Part shown: positions 27,997-37,997 of the stretch, one piece after another
How the letters are laid out: each line of letters begins with the position of its first letter
How positions within the stretch are numbered: position 1 is the first letter of the stretch
NCBI GenBank assembly: GCA_963739325.1
Contig: CAVTZZ010000036.1
Location: 1,777 to 65,776 of the forward strand
Length of the DNA stretch: 64,000 nucleotides
Direction: 5' to 3'
Source of the DNA: an uncultured delta proteobacterium
Lineage (GTDB): Bacteria > Desulfobacterota > BSN033 > UBA1163
The notes under the pieces: generated by a model
The model's database searches: none
What the model was told of the DNA's origin: nothing
Seen by the model: the letters and a program-made list of their open reading frames with translations, nothing else
Position numbers and translations under genes: made by a program

Positions 27997-28369
27997 AAGA
28001 GAACCGATTACATCCTCGTTATGTAGTATAACAAATAATACCCTTTTTGCCCAAGAAGATATGTCGGCAAATCAATTCCTGAAACAGCCTGCTAATTTTC
28101 TCTTGACACAGAATATGTTCTGCTTGGCCACATGGGTAATTAAGACCGGGGTAATACTCTTGCCGCTGTATAGGACTGGTTAATCTTTGCGATCGATTGT
28201 TTTCTTCCTGTAATTGTGATTTTTAAGTTTCTCTTCTTGAGACAACATTTCAAATGGAAATTAATAAGAAAATAAAATGATTGCCTCCACATTTTGACTC
28301 CACAAAGGAAGAGTCGAAAACCCCTTTACAAAGAAGGCACTATAAAATTAAAATACACAGAAACAAGAT

Positions 28370-29512
28370 ATGCCAATACATAGGATATTAACCCGTGATT
28401 TCATCCTCGGTTTTTTTGCACAATTTACTCTGGCATTCGTTACCCACATCCTCACCCCTACCCTTCCGATCTATCTTTCACGATTGGGATCTACAGAAGT
28501 AGAGATCGGGGTCCTTATTGGGATCTTCGGCGTCTCCTCATTGGTCCTCAGACCATTTATTGGAAGAGCCCTTTTAAAAATTCCCGAAAAAAAATTTATG
28601 ATCGCCGGGACCCTCCTCTTTGCCCTCACCTCCATTGCCTTTCTCTTAGCTCCCCCTTTTTGGCCTTTTTTGATAGTGAGGGTATTTCAAGGAATGGGGT
28701 TCGCATTCTTCCAAACTGCCTCATTTATATTGATCGCCAATATCAGTCCAGAGACCCATCGGGGACGAAGTCTCGGTTACTTTTTACTGGCCCCCAATAT
28801 CTCTTTAGCCCTGGCTCCTTCCTTAGGGATGTTCCTTATCAACCACTTTAATTTTACCCTCCTCTTCTTGGTTTGTTTAGGTATATCGTTATGCTCTCTA
28901 TTTATTACCAATAAATTGGGAAGGAGACAGGTCGTTCCATTGGAGGATTCCCCCATTGAGGATGGTTTCTTTCTCAGTTGGAAAGCGCTTCCACCGTCGA
29001 TCATCAGTTTCTTTTTCAGCTTCACCTTGGGAGCCATAACCGCCTTCTTCCCTCTTTATGCAATAAATCAAGGGGTATCTAATCCCGGGCTTTTCTTTAC
29101 CGCTATTGCCATTATGCTTATTTTGGGTCGTGCTTTTGGAGGGAAGATATTGGATCTCTATAGCAGAGAAAGGGTAATCCTACCTTGCCTCATTATGTCT
29201 ATTATTTCGATGAGCATCCTCGCTTTTTCCAAAACTCTACCAATGTTTATTCTTGTTGCAGTGATTTGGGGGATTGGACATGCCTTCATCCTCCCTTCTT
29301 TGGTGATCTATGTTCTTGATCGTACGGGTTCTTCTCGAGGTCCAGCTGTGGGGACATTCACAGCAATCACGGATTTGGGGATAGCCCTTGGGCCAGTGAT
29401 CATGGGGATCGTCATCCATTTGACCAGCTATCCGATAATGTTCCTCTGTTTAGTTCTCACTGGCGTAATCAATTTCAATTATTTCTATTTTTTCGTGAGA
29501 AAAAAAGAATAA
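28370..29512 (+). CDS. MFS transporter
   Basis: 380 aa, about 12 TM helices, with an MFS loop motif GRALLKIPEKK between TM2 and TM3. Confidence 0.85.
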   Translation: MPIHRILTRDFILGFFAQFTLAFVTHILTPTLPIYLSRLGSTEVEIGVLIGIFGVSSLVLRPFIGRALLKIPEKKFMIAGTLLFALTSIAFLLAPPFWPFLIVRVFQGMGFAFFQTASFILIANISPETHRGRSLGYFLLAPNISLALAPSLGMFLINHFNFTLLFLVCLGISLCSLFITNKLGRRQVVPLEDSPIEDGFFLSWKALPPSIISFFFSFTLGAITAFFPLYAINQGVSNPGLFFTAIAIMLILGRAFGGKILDLYSRERVILPCLIMSIISMSILAFSKTLPMFILVAVIWGIGHAFILPSLVIYVLDRTGSSRGPAVGTFTAITDLGIALGPVIMGIVIHLTSYPIMFLCLVLTGVINFNYFYFFVRKKE

Positions 29513-29850
29513 ACTTTTAATTATGAATAGTTACACCGATAATCGTTACTTCTAAAGCTATCTTAAAATGAACATTAGTAGGTGCTATACGTAACATATC
29601 CTGCTTTTTCTTGTGATATTAGTTAGTTACGAACTATTTTCCATTATCCATTTCCCCTTTATCCCTGTCAAACATTTCCGTTGACTTTTATCAACCAATT
29701 CAATACGCTTTTATCGAGACTAAGGCCCTCTAACAATAACCTTTAACCCCAGAGGGTAATATGTTGATAGATCATTATTAGACCCCATTTCTGAAAAGGG
29801 AATGGGGTTTTGTTTTAATAGCACTTGAATTTAGGGAGGAGAAACCAGCT

Positions 29851-30006
29851 GTGAAAATGAAAAATGTTGGAAAAGGAGAAGGAATTTTTCGTTCAATCAT
29901 AGGAGTTATATTGATAATCCTTGCTTTTTTCATTTCGGGAGTTTTTCAGTGGATTCTCGGATTAGTCGGGGTGGTAGTAATCCTTACGGCCATATTTGGA
30001 TACTGA
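29851..30006 (+). CDS. Small two-TM membrane protein, DUF2892 (YgaP C-terminal)-like; below the ORF-track cutoff
   Basis: GTG 29851 (or ATG 29857) lies 9 nt after AGGGAGGAG. The product is (V)KMKNVGKGEGIFRSIIGVILIILAFFISGVFQWILGLVGVVVILTAIFGY, stop 30004-30006. The preceding hairpin CCCCATT-N11-AATGGGG-TTTTGTTTT (29783-29818) isolates it as its own unit. Confidence 0.4.
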   Translation: MKMKNVGKGEGIFRSIIGVILIILAFFISGVFQWILGLVGVVVILTAIFGY

Positions 30007-30663
30007 CCCTGAAAAGGATTTATGCTGAAGGTCTTCAGCAAAGAAGGCGAAAAAAAGAGATAGGCATTTGGAGAATAAACACACTGTCGCACACAACAAG
30101 GTTCTGGTTATTGATGTTGAAACAGTTATTAGGGAAAATGGGTTAGAATTGGGGAGAGAGTAAAAAGAAAAAGAGGATGCCGTGAAAAAGATGAGAGCTT
30201 TGTATAAATAGAAATTAGGGGTTGGAGTGAGTCGATACAAATGAACCCAAGATTCAAAATTATTCTGACCCTCTTGATTTTAGCAGCAATGTTCGTAGTT
30301 TTTCTCCTTATCCCCATGTTTTTGGTGAAAAGATAGAAAACGCTGGAAGCCGGTGTTTACCCTAGAACCCCTTACGAGTTTGCTTGTGGAGAAGGGGATA
30401 TTCACAAAGGAGGAGTTTTTGGAGATGGTAAGAGTGGTAGATCGGGAGATGAAGAGAAAGGAGGTGAGTTGAATTACAATCCCCTCGGCCCTAAATAAAT
30501 CATCTCCTTAACCTTCAATGATAGAGACTTCCTGAACATCTGTTAAAAAAAGACACTCACTATCCCTCCATAACAGGGACGAATTTAACGTTCATGCAGA
30601 GCGTGCTGATAAAAAGATTCGGAACGGTCTCCTACCTGCGGCGAGGGTTTCTTTAGAAATGCT

Positions 30664-30700
30664 GAAAAAAGAAAAAAGGGTCGACCTATGTGTTCGACCC
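30664..30700 (-). terminator. Rho-independent terminator downstream of tRNA-Ala
   Basis: On the minus strand, GGGTCGA-N9-TCGACCC is followed by TTTTTTCTTTTTTC. Confidence 0.7.
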
Positions 30701-30712
30701 CTTGATTTCATT

Positions 30713-30788
30713 TGGTGGAGCAGAGCGGGATCGAACCGCCGGCCTCCAGAGTGCGATTCTGGCGCTCTCCCAGCTGAGCTACTGCCCC
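30713..30788 (-). tRNA. tRNA-Ala (anticodon CGC), CCA encoded
   Basis: Reverse complement: GGGGCAG-TA-GCTC-AGCTGGGA-GAGC-G-CCAGA-ATCGCAC-TCTGG-AGGCC-GGCGG-TTCGATC-CCGCT-CTGCTCC-A-CCA. It folds as a cloverleaf with the G3:U70 alanine identity pair and a TTCGATC T-loop. Confidence 0.93.
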
Positions 30789-30831
30789 ATTATTTAAAGT
30801 CAACTACCATCTGCTAATAACGATGGCTTGA

Positions 30832-30942
30832 GGGTTCGTGGATTCAAGGGATCAAGGGTTCAAGTAAAACCTTTTTAATCTATAATAATTCTTGAACCCT
30901 CGAATCCCTGCCTACGGCAGGCAGGCTTGGCCCCTGGAACCC
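30832..30942. repeat. Stuttered hairpin locus 10 (response-regulator stop to tRNA-Ala)
   Basis: GGGTTCGTGGATTCAAGGGATCAAGGGTTCAAG opposed to CTTGAACCCTCGAATCCCTG, plus CCTGCC-TAC-GGCAGG and CTTGGCCCCTGGAACCC. Confidence 0.7.
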
Positions 30943-31299
30943 TTATACAAGTCCTAAGAGTTTTCGGATCGTCGTTTTTAACTCGGTTAAATCAGCACAC
31001 TTGACCACATAGGCATCTGAAGCCCAGGTGGTGATATCTTGCTTATATTCACCATACGCAGAGCACATGATGATGGGAAGATGTCTCTCTCTTTCTCGGA
31101 TTCGTTTCAAGGTTTCAATCCCATTCATCCCTGGCATCTTGATATCGAGGGTGATGATGTCGGGTTTAAAGAGAGGAAGTTTCTCGAGGGCCTCCTCCCC
31201 ATTCTTTGCCAATTCTACCGTAAAGCCTTCCTCTTCCAATTCCTCTTTATAGAGAAATCGGATATTCTCTTCATCATCGACAATCAGGATCCTCTTCAT
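30943..31299 (-). CDS. Single-domain response regulator (CheY-like receiver)
   Basis: 118 aa with MKRILIVDDE, phospho-acceptor D in DIITLDIKMPGMNG, and the KCADLTEL region containing the conserved K. Confidence 0.9.
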   Translation of the reverse strand: MKRILIVDDEENIRFLYKEELEEEGFTVELAKNGEEALEKLPLFKPDIITLDIKMPGMNGIETLKRIRERERHLPIIMCSAYGEYKQDITTWASDAYVVKCADLTELKTTIRKLLGLV

Positions 31300-31357
31300 T
31301 GTTCTTTCTCCTACGAGTTGAAGGCTTTGCTCACAGGGTAATAGAACTTAAAACTTA

Positions 31358-33685
31358 TTACTTCTTCCTCTCTTCAGCGACCGGAAGGGTGATGATGAAC
31401 GTGACACTCTTTCCAGGGTGGTTGTCCACTTCGATCTGGCCCTGATGCGAGATGATAATTTTGTGGACAGTGGCCAGTCCTAAACCCAAACGGCCATCTT
31501 TCGTTGAATAGAAAGGGTTGAAGATGTTGTGAAGATTTCCGGGATCGATCCCCTTTCCAGTATCCTCCACCTCCACTCGGATAAAGGAAGAGCCGTTCTT
31601 TGATATGGGATGAATGCGGATGGAGAGCATTCCCTCCCCATTCATAGCTTGGTAAGAATTGCTGACCATGTTGAAGAAGGCATGCTTTAATTGATGGTAA
31701 TCTCCTTTCATCTTAGGAAGATCTTCAGCAAACTCCTTGGAAACAACAATTCCCCCATCATCAAATTTTTCTGAGATCATTGAGAGGGTATCCTCTAAGA
31801 TATTTCGGAGGTCACATTCTTGATAGGCCATGGATTCATTTCGAGTATATTGGTAAAGGTCGTTGAGAACTCTCTCGAGCCGTCCTACCTCTATCATAAT
31901 GCTTTGAGCATATCGTTTTTCGGACGCTTCGTCTTGTATTGCCCGATACAGTCGACGTGCAAATCCCCCAATGGAGACGAGAGGGTTTTTAATCTCGTGA
32001 GCAACAGCATCGCACAATTCTCCCAAGGCAGCCATCTTTTCTTGATGGACCAAAAGGTTCTGTGTCTCTTTAAGTTCCTGATGAATCTCCTCAAGATTTC
32101 GATAAAGAAGAACATTCTCAATGGCCAACCCTGCCTGGTTGGTAAACATACTGAGATATTGGATATCCTCATCTGTAATGGGGTTCCGATTGTAGAGGTT
32201 GTCCACCAGAATCACCCCAATCACCTTTCCTTTTCCCCAGAGGGGCATGGTTGCAAAGGAGTAGACTTTGGGATCGCGGCTGAGATGTTCGCTCACATAA
32301 CATCCCACCTCTGAACCCAAGTGGCAACCCCTTTCGCATCGGGTTTGAAGCCAAGCCTCTTCTGACTGGGGGAGTTGGATGTTGAAAGGTCTTCCTTCGA
32401 GAACGGTTCGTGAGAGAATGCATTCTTCCTGTTCGAGAGGAATCCGAAGCCCCTTCACAATCGAATTTAAAAGGGAGTTGCCCTGAGAGGGGAGTTGAGT
32501 AATTAAGTCTAAAATGGGCTCTTTCTTTTGGGAAAGAGTAGGCCAGATCCTCCCCGCCTCTTCGGCACTATCTGGCCCTACAGCCAGGGTTCCCTCTAAA
32601 ACTTGGTCTTTTTCATTGACCATAAAGAGCATCGCACGGTTGAAGCCCAATCCATCGCCAATGGTGATGGCGGTTAATGTCATATGGACGATCCGTTCAA
32701 AATTCACCGAGGTCAGGAGGGCCTTGTTGAGTTCCCAAAGGGTAGAGAGTTGTTTTACCCTCTTCCCATGTTCCTGTGCCATCTCCGAAGTTTCATGATG
32801 AATAAGGGCATTTTCAATGGCACAGGATATCTGGTTCGCCATGGCCAACAACAATTGAAAATCCCTCTCATTAAATTTTGGAGGATCGGCCTCTTTATCA
32901 TAAAAGGTCAGGGTCCCAAAACCTTTTCTATTGGAGAGAAACGGGGCACAGAGGACGGAGAGGGAAGGTTTCTCTTCACCGAAATGGTGGAGGAGAAGGG
33001 AGGTTTGGGTGTGAAAGACCCTTTTGGCTATCTTCTCATCAAGAGGGTTCAGAGGGACCTCTCCCAGACTACATTTGACATCCAGTTCTCCGGTTCTTCT
33101 ATCTAAAACTCTCAATACGCCAGTCTTGGCCTTCAAGGTTTTTAAACCGGTTGCGATGATTAATTTGAAAAGTTCTTCTAACTTCAATGACGAAGTGATC
33201 GCTTTTCCCATTTCGTGGAGAGCAGTTAATTCAGAGATGGTCTGCTCGGCCTTTTGATGAAGATGTCCATTTCGAATCGCCCCTTCTATCTCCTTTGCAA
33301 TGAGGAGGATGAGATCGGTCTCTTTTCCAGAGAACTTCCGTTCCTTTGAGAAACCGATATAGAAAATGCCTTGGCAAGAAGTCTCATCATACAAAGGGAT
33401 GCAACCAAACGAAGGGCAGAGAAGATCTTCCTCTTCTGAAAGAACTTCTTTTTTATTAAAAGAGGATCCCTGATCTACCCATAAGGGTTTTTTTTCTGAG
33501 GCGATACGGGAAAGAAATCCATTTTTATTGATCTGATCCTGCCTCAGGAAAAAACAACGGTTTGATTCAAAGGCATCTGAGATGGTTTGGAGAATGCCAT
33601 TCAGTTTGGCCTCGATGGAGATAGATGATGTGGAAAGGGGAATGATTGATTTCAGAAGATCATAGGGATCGGGATGAGTGGTCAT
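31358..33685 (-). CDS. Multi-GAF sensor histidine kinase (cytoplasmic)
   Basis: 775 aa with several GAF-like repeats, H-box AVAHEIKNPL, N-box FFNMVSNSYQAM, G1 DTGKGI and G2 GLGLATV. No TM helices are evident. Confidence 0.87.
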   Translation of the reverse strand: MTTHPDPYDLLKSIIPLSTSSISIEAKLNGILQTISDAFESNRCFFLRQDQINKNGFLSRIASEKKPLWVDQGSSFNKKEVLSEEEDLLCPSFGCIPLYDETSCQGIFYIGFSKERKFSGKETDLILLIAKEIEGAIRNGHLHQKAEQTISELTALHEMGKAITSSLKLEELFKLIIATGLKTLKAKTGVLRVLDRRTGELDVKCSLGEVPLNPLDEKIAKRVFHTQTSLLLHHFGEEKPSLSVLCAPFLSNRKGFGTLTFYDKEADPPKFNERDFQLLLAMANQISCAIENALIHHETSEMAQEHGKRVKQLSTLWELNKALLTSVNFERIVHMTLTAITIGDGLGFNRAMLFMVNEKDQVLEGTLAVGPDSAEEAGRIWPTLSQKKEPILDLITQLPSQGNSLLNSIVKGLRIPLEQEECILSRTVLEGRPFNIQLPQSEEAWLQTRCERGCHLGSEVGCYVSEHLSRDPKVYSFATMPLWGKGKVIGVILVDNLYNRNPITDEDIQYLSMFTNQAGLAIENVLLYRNLEEIHQELKETQNLLVHQEKMAALGELCDAVAHEIKNPLVSIGGFARRLYRAIQDEASEKRYAQSIMIEVGRLERVLNDLYQYTRNESMAYQECDLRNILEDTLSMISEKFDDGGIVVSKEFAEDLPKMKGDYHQLKHAFFNMVSNSYQAMNGEGMLSIRIHPISKNGSSFIRVEVEDTGKGIDPGNLHNIFNPFYSTKDGRLGLGLATVHKIIISHQGQIEVDNHPGKSVTFIITLPVAEERKK

Positions 33686-33691
33686 AGAGAA

Positions 33692-34687
33692 TTATTTTGC
33701 CTCCCTCAAATACCGGGCTGCCTCTTCAGGAGGGGTGGGGTTGATATAAAATCCTGTCCCCCATTCAAAACCTGCCACCTTGGTCAGCTTAGGCATGATC
33801 TCAAAATGCCAGTGGTAATGGTCGTTTTCCAGCCCTGAAAAGGAGGAGGTATGGATGATGTAGTTATAGGGAGGGTCGTTGAGCACCTGACGCAACCGGT
33901 GAAGGGTCTCGGAAAGGATTTGAGCAGCCTGTTCATAGAGAGGGGATTCCATATGCTCGAAACTCGGATAATGGGTTTTTGGGAGAATCCATGTCTCAAA
34001 TGGAAATCGGGAGGCGAACGGGGCGATCGAGAGGAAGGCTTGATTTTCAATGATAAGACGGTTTTTCTGCTGAAGCTCTTGCCGGATGATATCACAGAAG
34101 ACACAGCGGTCTTTATAATGAAAATAATTTTTTGCCCCTTCGATCTCTTCGTTCACCCTTGTTGGGACGATGGGGAGGGCGATGATCTGAGAATGGGAAT
34201 GCTCCAGAGAGGCGCCGGCTGCCACCCCGTGGTTTTTAAAGACGAGAACGTATCGAAGCCGCTGATCACGCCTCAGATCGGTCATCCGCTCACGGTAGGC
34301 CCAGAGGACATCCTTCACAGCCTTCAACGGGAGCGTAGATAACGTCTCATGATGCCGAGGCGTCTCGATCACCACTTCATGGGCGCCCAGTCCGTTCATT
34401 TTATCGTAAATTCCATCTCCCTCTCGGTTCAACTCTCCTTCTATCCGGAGGGCAGGGAATTTATTGGAAACGACTCGAAGTGTCCAGCCAGGGCTGTTTG
34501 GAGGGGTTCCATTGTCTCGAAATGCAATGATCTCCGGAGGGGTTTTATCCTCATTTCCTTCGCAGAGAGGACAGAAGCCACCGATCGGTCTTTGCTCTTC
34601 TGTAACGAAATCAGAGGGTCTTCTTCCCCTCTCTGTGGAGATGATCACCCACCTTCCATGGATGGGATCTCTTCTGAGTTCGGGCAT
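33692..34687 (-). CDS. galT: Galactose-1-phosphate uridylyltransferase family (GalT/HIT superfamily) nucleotidyltransferase
   Basis: N-terminal zinc motif CPLCEGNE and active-site HSHSQ (HxHxQ) in GASLEHSHSQIIALP. 331 aa. Confidence 0.82.
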   Translation of the reverse strand: MPELRRDPIHGRWVIISTERGRRPSDFVTEEQRPIGGFCPLCEGNEDKTPPEIIAFRDNGTPPNSPGWTLRVVSNKFPALRIEGELNREGDGIYDKMNGLGAHEVVIETPRHHETLSTLPLKAVKDVLWAYRERMTDLRRDQRLRYVLVFKNHGVAAGASLEHSHSQIIALPIVPTRVNEEIEGAKNYFHYKDRCVFCDIIRQELQQKNRLIIENQAFLSIAPFASRFPFETWILPKTHYPSFEHMESPLYEQAAQILSETLHRLRQVLNDPPYNYIIHTSSFSGLENDHYHWHFEIMPKLTKVAGFEWGTGFYINPTPPEEAARYLREAK

Positions 34688-34718
34688 GATGGATTTCCTT
34701 TGGAAGGGAGACAGGAGT

Positions 34719-35117
34719 TTAAGAAGGGAAACTACCTCTGGCCTTCCCCCCTCTCAACCTTTCTGTCCGCTCTTTCTTTTCTTCCTCTGTTTTGCAATCG
34801 ATGCATTGGGTCGTCACAGGTCTGGCCATCAGTCTCTTTTCAGAAATGGGCTTTCCACAGGATTCACAAATTCCAAACGTTCCGTTGTCAATCCGATCTA
34901 ATGCCTCTTTAACCTTCATGATCAACTTCCTCTCACGATCCTTAATCCTGAGAAGGAAATTTCGGTCCGATTCCAAAGAGGCTCGATCCGTTGGGTCAGG
35001 AAAATCTCCATTATTGTCCTGGCGCATGTCGCTGCATGTCTTGCCGGCTTCCTCTAATAGGACATGAAGTCTTTCCTCAAGCAACCCTTTAAAGAAGAGA
35101 AGCTTTTCTTGATCCAT
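34719..35117 (-). CDS. DksA/TraR-family C4 zinc-finger protein
   Basis: Coiled-coil N-terminal half, then CESCGKPISEKRLMARPVTTQCIDC (the CxxC-N17-CxxC of DksA). Confidence 0.85.
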   Translation of the reverse strand: MDQEKLLFFKGLLEERLHVLLEEAGKTCSDMRQDNNGDFPDPTDRASLESDRNFLLRIKDRERKLIMKVKEALDRIDNGTFGICESCGKPISEKRLMARPVTTQCIDCKTEEEKKERTERLRGGKARGSFPS

Positions 35118-35319
35118 TCAGATCCTCCTAAGGCGTTCACCAACTCCTCAAAAGGAAGAGTATCTTTAAATCTCATAAGATTAATATATCTCTTCGAAGA
35201 AAGTCAACTCTTCGACACCTTTCGACCTCTTTTCGACTTCTCAAAAATTTATAGGAGGCTAAATTCCAATGAGGCTTAAGGGGGGACGATCTATCGATAT
35301 GTATCCAAAGCTCATTTTC

Positions 35320-35880
35320 TTAAAATGGGATAAAGAAATTCACTCCTTTGTCAGAGGAAGGGGTTATATTCATCTCTATAAAAATCAATTCCGCTTTTGG
35401 GTTAAAAGAAAGATTGAATAATATAAATATTTCTGTCTTCTTTAATTTAGATTGGAGCAGTTCAAATGTAACCTGGGCTCCCCCTTCTTCAAGATATCGA
35501 TTCCCATTTGAATACGGATTCAAAATGGATGGTCCATATTCTAAATTGAGGTGTTTTGTTTCTTTGAATCCTTGGGAATCTAAAAATTTATATCTCCATT
35601 TAGGTTCAGCAAACTTGTAGATCGAGAAAATTTTCTCGAGGGATTCAGTCAATGTGAGTTTCTTTTTTACTTTTGGTCTTTCAAAAAAAGCGCTCTCTGG
35701 TACTTCCTCATCGTCTTTGCATGATATACCAGGGTGAGGCCTCTCTTCAATTTCGTTCATTTTAATGACACTTCCTTCATAAAAAGTCCCTTTTAAAGTT
35801 CCAGTTGTATCGGCCCATACCTGGATGACTATGCAAAAAATGAACAGTGTTAACAAAATTGCGATTCTTTTAATGATCAT
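35320..35880 (-). CDS. Hypothetical secreted protein
   Basis: 186 aa with an N-terminal signal-like helix (MIIKRIAILLTLFIFCIVIQVWA). I recognise no motif. The gene is AT-rich. Confidence 0.4.
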   Translation of the reverse strand: MIIKRIAILLTLFIFCIVIQVWADTTGTLKGTFYEGSVIKMNEIEERPHPGISCKDDEEVPESAFFERPKVKKKLTLTESLEKIFSIYKFAEPKWRYKFLDSQGFKETKHLNLEYGPSILNPYSNGNRYLEEGGAQVTFELLQSKLKKTEIFILFNLSFNPKAELIFIEMNITPSSDKGVNFFIPF

Positions 35881-36180
35881 CCCTCCAAAAATCCTCCAAC
35901 ATATTTTAAGAAAAAACTTTTTTTGACAAGGACTTACTCTCTTTTATGATTTTTGTTCATAAAAATGGTCAAATTCTATTTAAAGAATGAGCAATTTAGA
36001 TGCCAAATATATCCATTGTTAGAATACGTAAAAAGGAATAAAATGAATGAAAAGGGAATCAATGGGAGACCATTCAATTTTTCCAAGGTATTTAATTTTT
36101 TCCTATCCCAACCTTTAAACTTTTATGAACATTCTTTTATAATAAAGCATAGCCATTGCCATCGAAAGGATGAAACCATC

Positions 36181-37081
36181 ATGAGAATTCGAAATCCAGG
36201 AAAAGTTCGAGACCGACTCTGGTTTTTGGGCCGTGAAGAATCAGGAGTCTATCTTCTGGAGGGGAACGATGAATTCATGATCCTGAGTGGAGGCATGAGC
36301 TACATCATTCCGGACTTGCTTCAGCAATTTAAGGAATTCGATATCGATGAGAAGAGGATTAAAAAACTTTTAATCCTCCATGCCCATTTCGATCATGTGG
36401 GAATCGTCCCCTTCTTCAAGCGCCGGCATCCAAAACTGGAGGTCTATGCCTCCCAAAGGGGCTGGGAGATCCTTCAGATGGAGAAGGCCATCAACACGAT
36501 CAATGAGTTCAGCCAAACCGTTACAAAAAAATTGGGAAAAGAAGAGGTCTATTCCACCTATGATCTGGATTGGCGAGAGGATGTAGTGGGTAAGACCGTC
36601 TGTGAAGGGGACCGAATCGATCTCGGCGGTTTGGAGGTCACCATCCTGGAGATCCCAGGCCATTCCTCCTGCTGTATCGCAGCCTATGTCCCTGAGTTCA
36701 AGGCCTTGTTCCCAACAGATGGAGGGGGCATCCCTTTTGATAAAACCATTATCACCTCTGGAAATTCCAATTACACCAAATATCAGCAAAGTCTCGAAAG
36801 ACTGAAGACTCTTGAGGTGGAGTACTACTGTGCTGACCACTATGGATACGTGACAGGAGAGGAGGCCAGGGAATTTATCCCGAGAACGATCGAGATGGCA
36901 AGACAACATGCGTGCCTGTATCGAGGAGGCTTACCGAAGCACGAAAGATATCGATAGGACCGCCCAGAAATTGATCTCCTCCTTTTATGATGAAAGCCCT
37001 GACTACTTCCTTTCTCCTGAGATCTTTCTGGACGTCTACCGCCAGATGGTTCGTCATATTGCCAATGTGATGGAAGGATGA
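36181..37081 (+). CDS. MBL-fold metallo-hydrolase; the 3' end continues in the +1 frame after ~36900 (frameshift or indel)
   Basis: MRIRNPGKV..., HAHFDHVG (HxHxDH), GHSSCC. The track ORF ends at 36957 with an implausible tail. The +1 frame reads MRACIEEAYRSTKDIDRTAQKLISSFYDESPDYFLSPEIFLDVYRQMVRHIANVMEG to TGA 37079-37081. The N-terminal extension from 35953 is rejected because it is AT-rich and has no homology pattern. Confidence 0.72.
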
Positions 37082-37126
37082 TAATACAATTTTAAAAACG
37101 TATCGAAAATGAAGAAAGGAGCAAAG

Positions 37127-37984
37127 ATGGAACCCTCACGAGGAACGGCCTTGGTAACAGGAGCAAGCAGCGGGATCGGAAGGGAAACGGCCATCCGACT
37201 GGCCAAAGAGGGCTTTCAGGTAATCGCTGTTGCCAGAAGGAACGAACGCCTGGTAGAACTTGCAAACAAAACTCAAAACATCGTTCCCAAGGTGATCGAC
37301 CTTTCGGATGCTCCAGCCTTAGAAAATTTCTGTCATGAAATCTCAGAACTTCCCGAACCTGTTTCTGTTCTCATCAACAGTGCGGGATACAGTATTCGTG
37401 GGGCCATCGAAGATGTCTCCCTCGCTGTAATCAAGCGTCTCTTTGAGGTTAACCTCTTCGCTCTCATCCAAGTGACCCAGGCCTGTCTGCCAGGGATGCG
37501 ACGGCTCAGGAAGGGAACAATCGTCAATCTCAGTTCCATGGTAGGGAAATTCCCTTTCCCCACAGGCGGAGTCTATTCAGCCACGAAGCATGCTGTGGAG
37601 GCCATCAGCGATGCCTTGCGCATGGAGGTACGCCCCTTTGGTATTCGGGTGGTGACGATCCGTCCCGGTGTGATTGCCACTGAATTTAACGAAGTCGCCA
37701 ATCGTCTGACTGGAGACCTCTTCTCCAGGACCACTCCTGACTACAAACCTGTGTACCAGGCTTACGGCGGAGGAATGGCCAAACTCTTTTCTAATGTCTC
37801 CATTCCGGGCCCAGCGGTCATTGCCGACCTCATTCTCGAGGCTGTGCTTTCAGGCTCTCCTAAGGCTGTCTATGCCGCAGGTCCTTTTGTCAAGGAAATT
37901 CTTGGATCCCGAAACCAATTGGATGACGACGCCTTTGATCTGTTCCTGACTGAAATGACGGGCTTGAAGGGCCTGAAGGTTTAA
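37127..37984 (+). CDS. Short-chain dehydrogenase/reductase (classical SDR)
   Basis: TGASSGIG (cofactor motif), NSAG and YSATKHAV (catalytic YxxxK). The start is placed at the ATG 5 nt after AAGGAG; the ORF opens at 37109. Confidence 0.9.
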   Translation: MEPSRGTALVTGASSGIGRETAIRLAKEGFQVIAVARRNERLVELANKTQNIVPKVIDLSDAPALENFCHEISELPEPVSVLINSAGYSIRGAIEDVSLAVIKRLFEVNLFALIQVTQACLPGMRRLRKGTIVNLSSMVGKFPFPTGGVYSATKHAVEAISDALRMEVRPFGIRVVTIRPGVIATEFNEVANRLTGDLFSRTTPDYKPVYQAYGGGMAKLFSNVSIPGPAVIADLILEAVLSGSPKAVYAAGPFVKEILGSRNQLDDDAFDLFLTEMTGLKGLKV

Positions 37985-37997
37985 GAGAAAGGTCTTT

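Noticed and set aside
30334-30336. Pyrrolysine reading of the in-frame TAG in the micro-ORF at 30241-30498
   Set aside because: There are no pyl genes or methylamine methyltransferase context in the window, the ORF is tiny, and the region looks like decaying DNA. A nonsense mutation or coincidence is far more likely.
35953-36180. N-terminal 76-codon extension of the MBL hydrolase ORF
   Set aside because: It is AT-rich and low-complexity (FIKMVKFYLKNEQF...). Homology-like sequence starts at MRIRNPGKV, so this is probably promoter/leader DNA that happens to be open.
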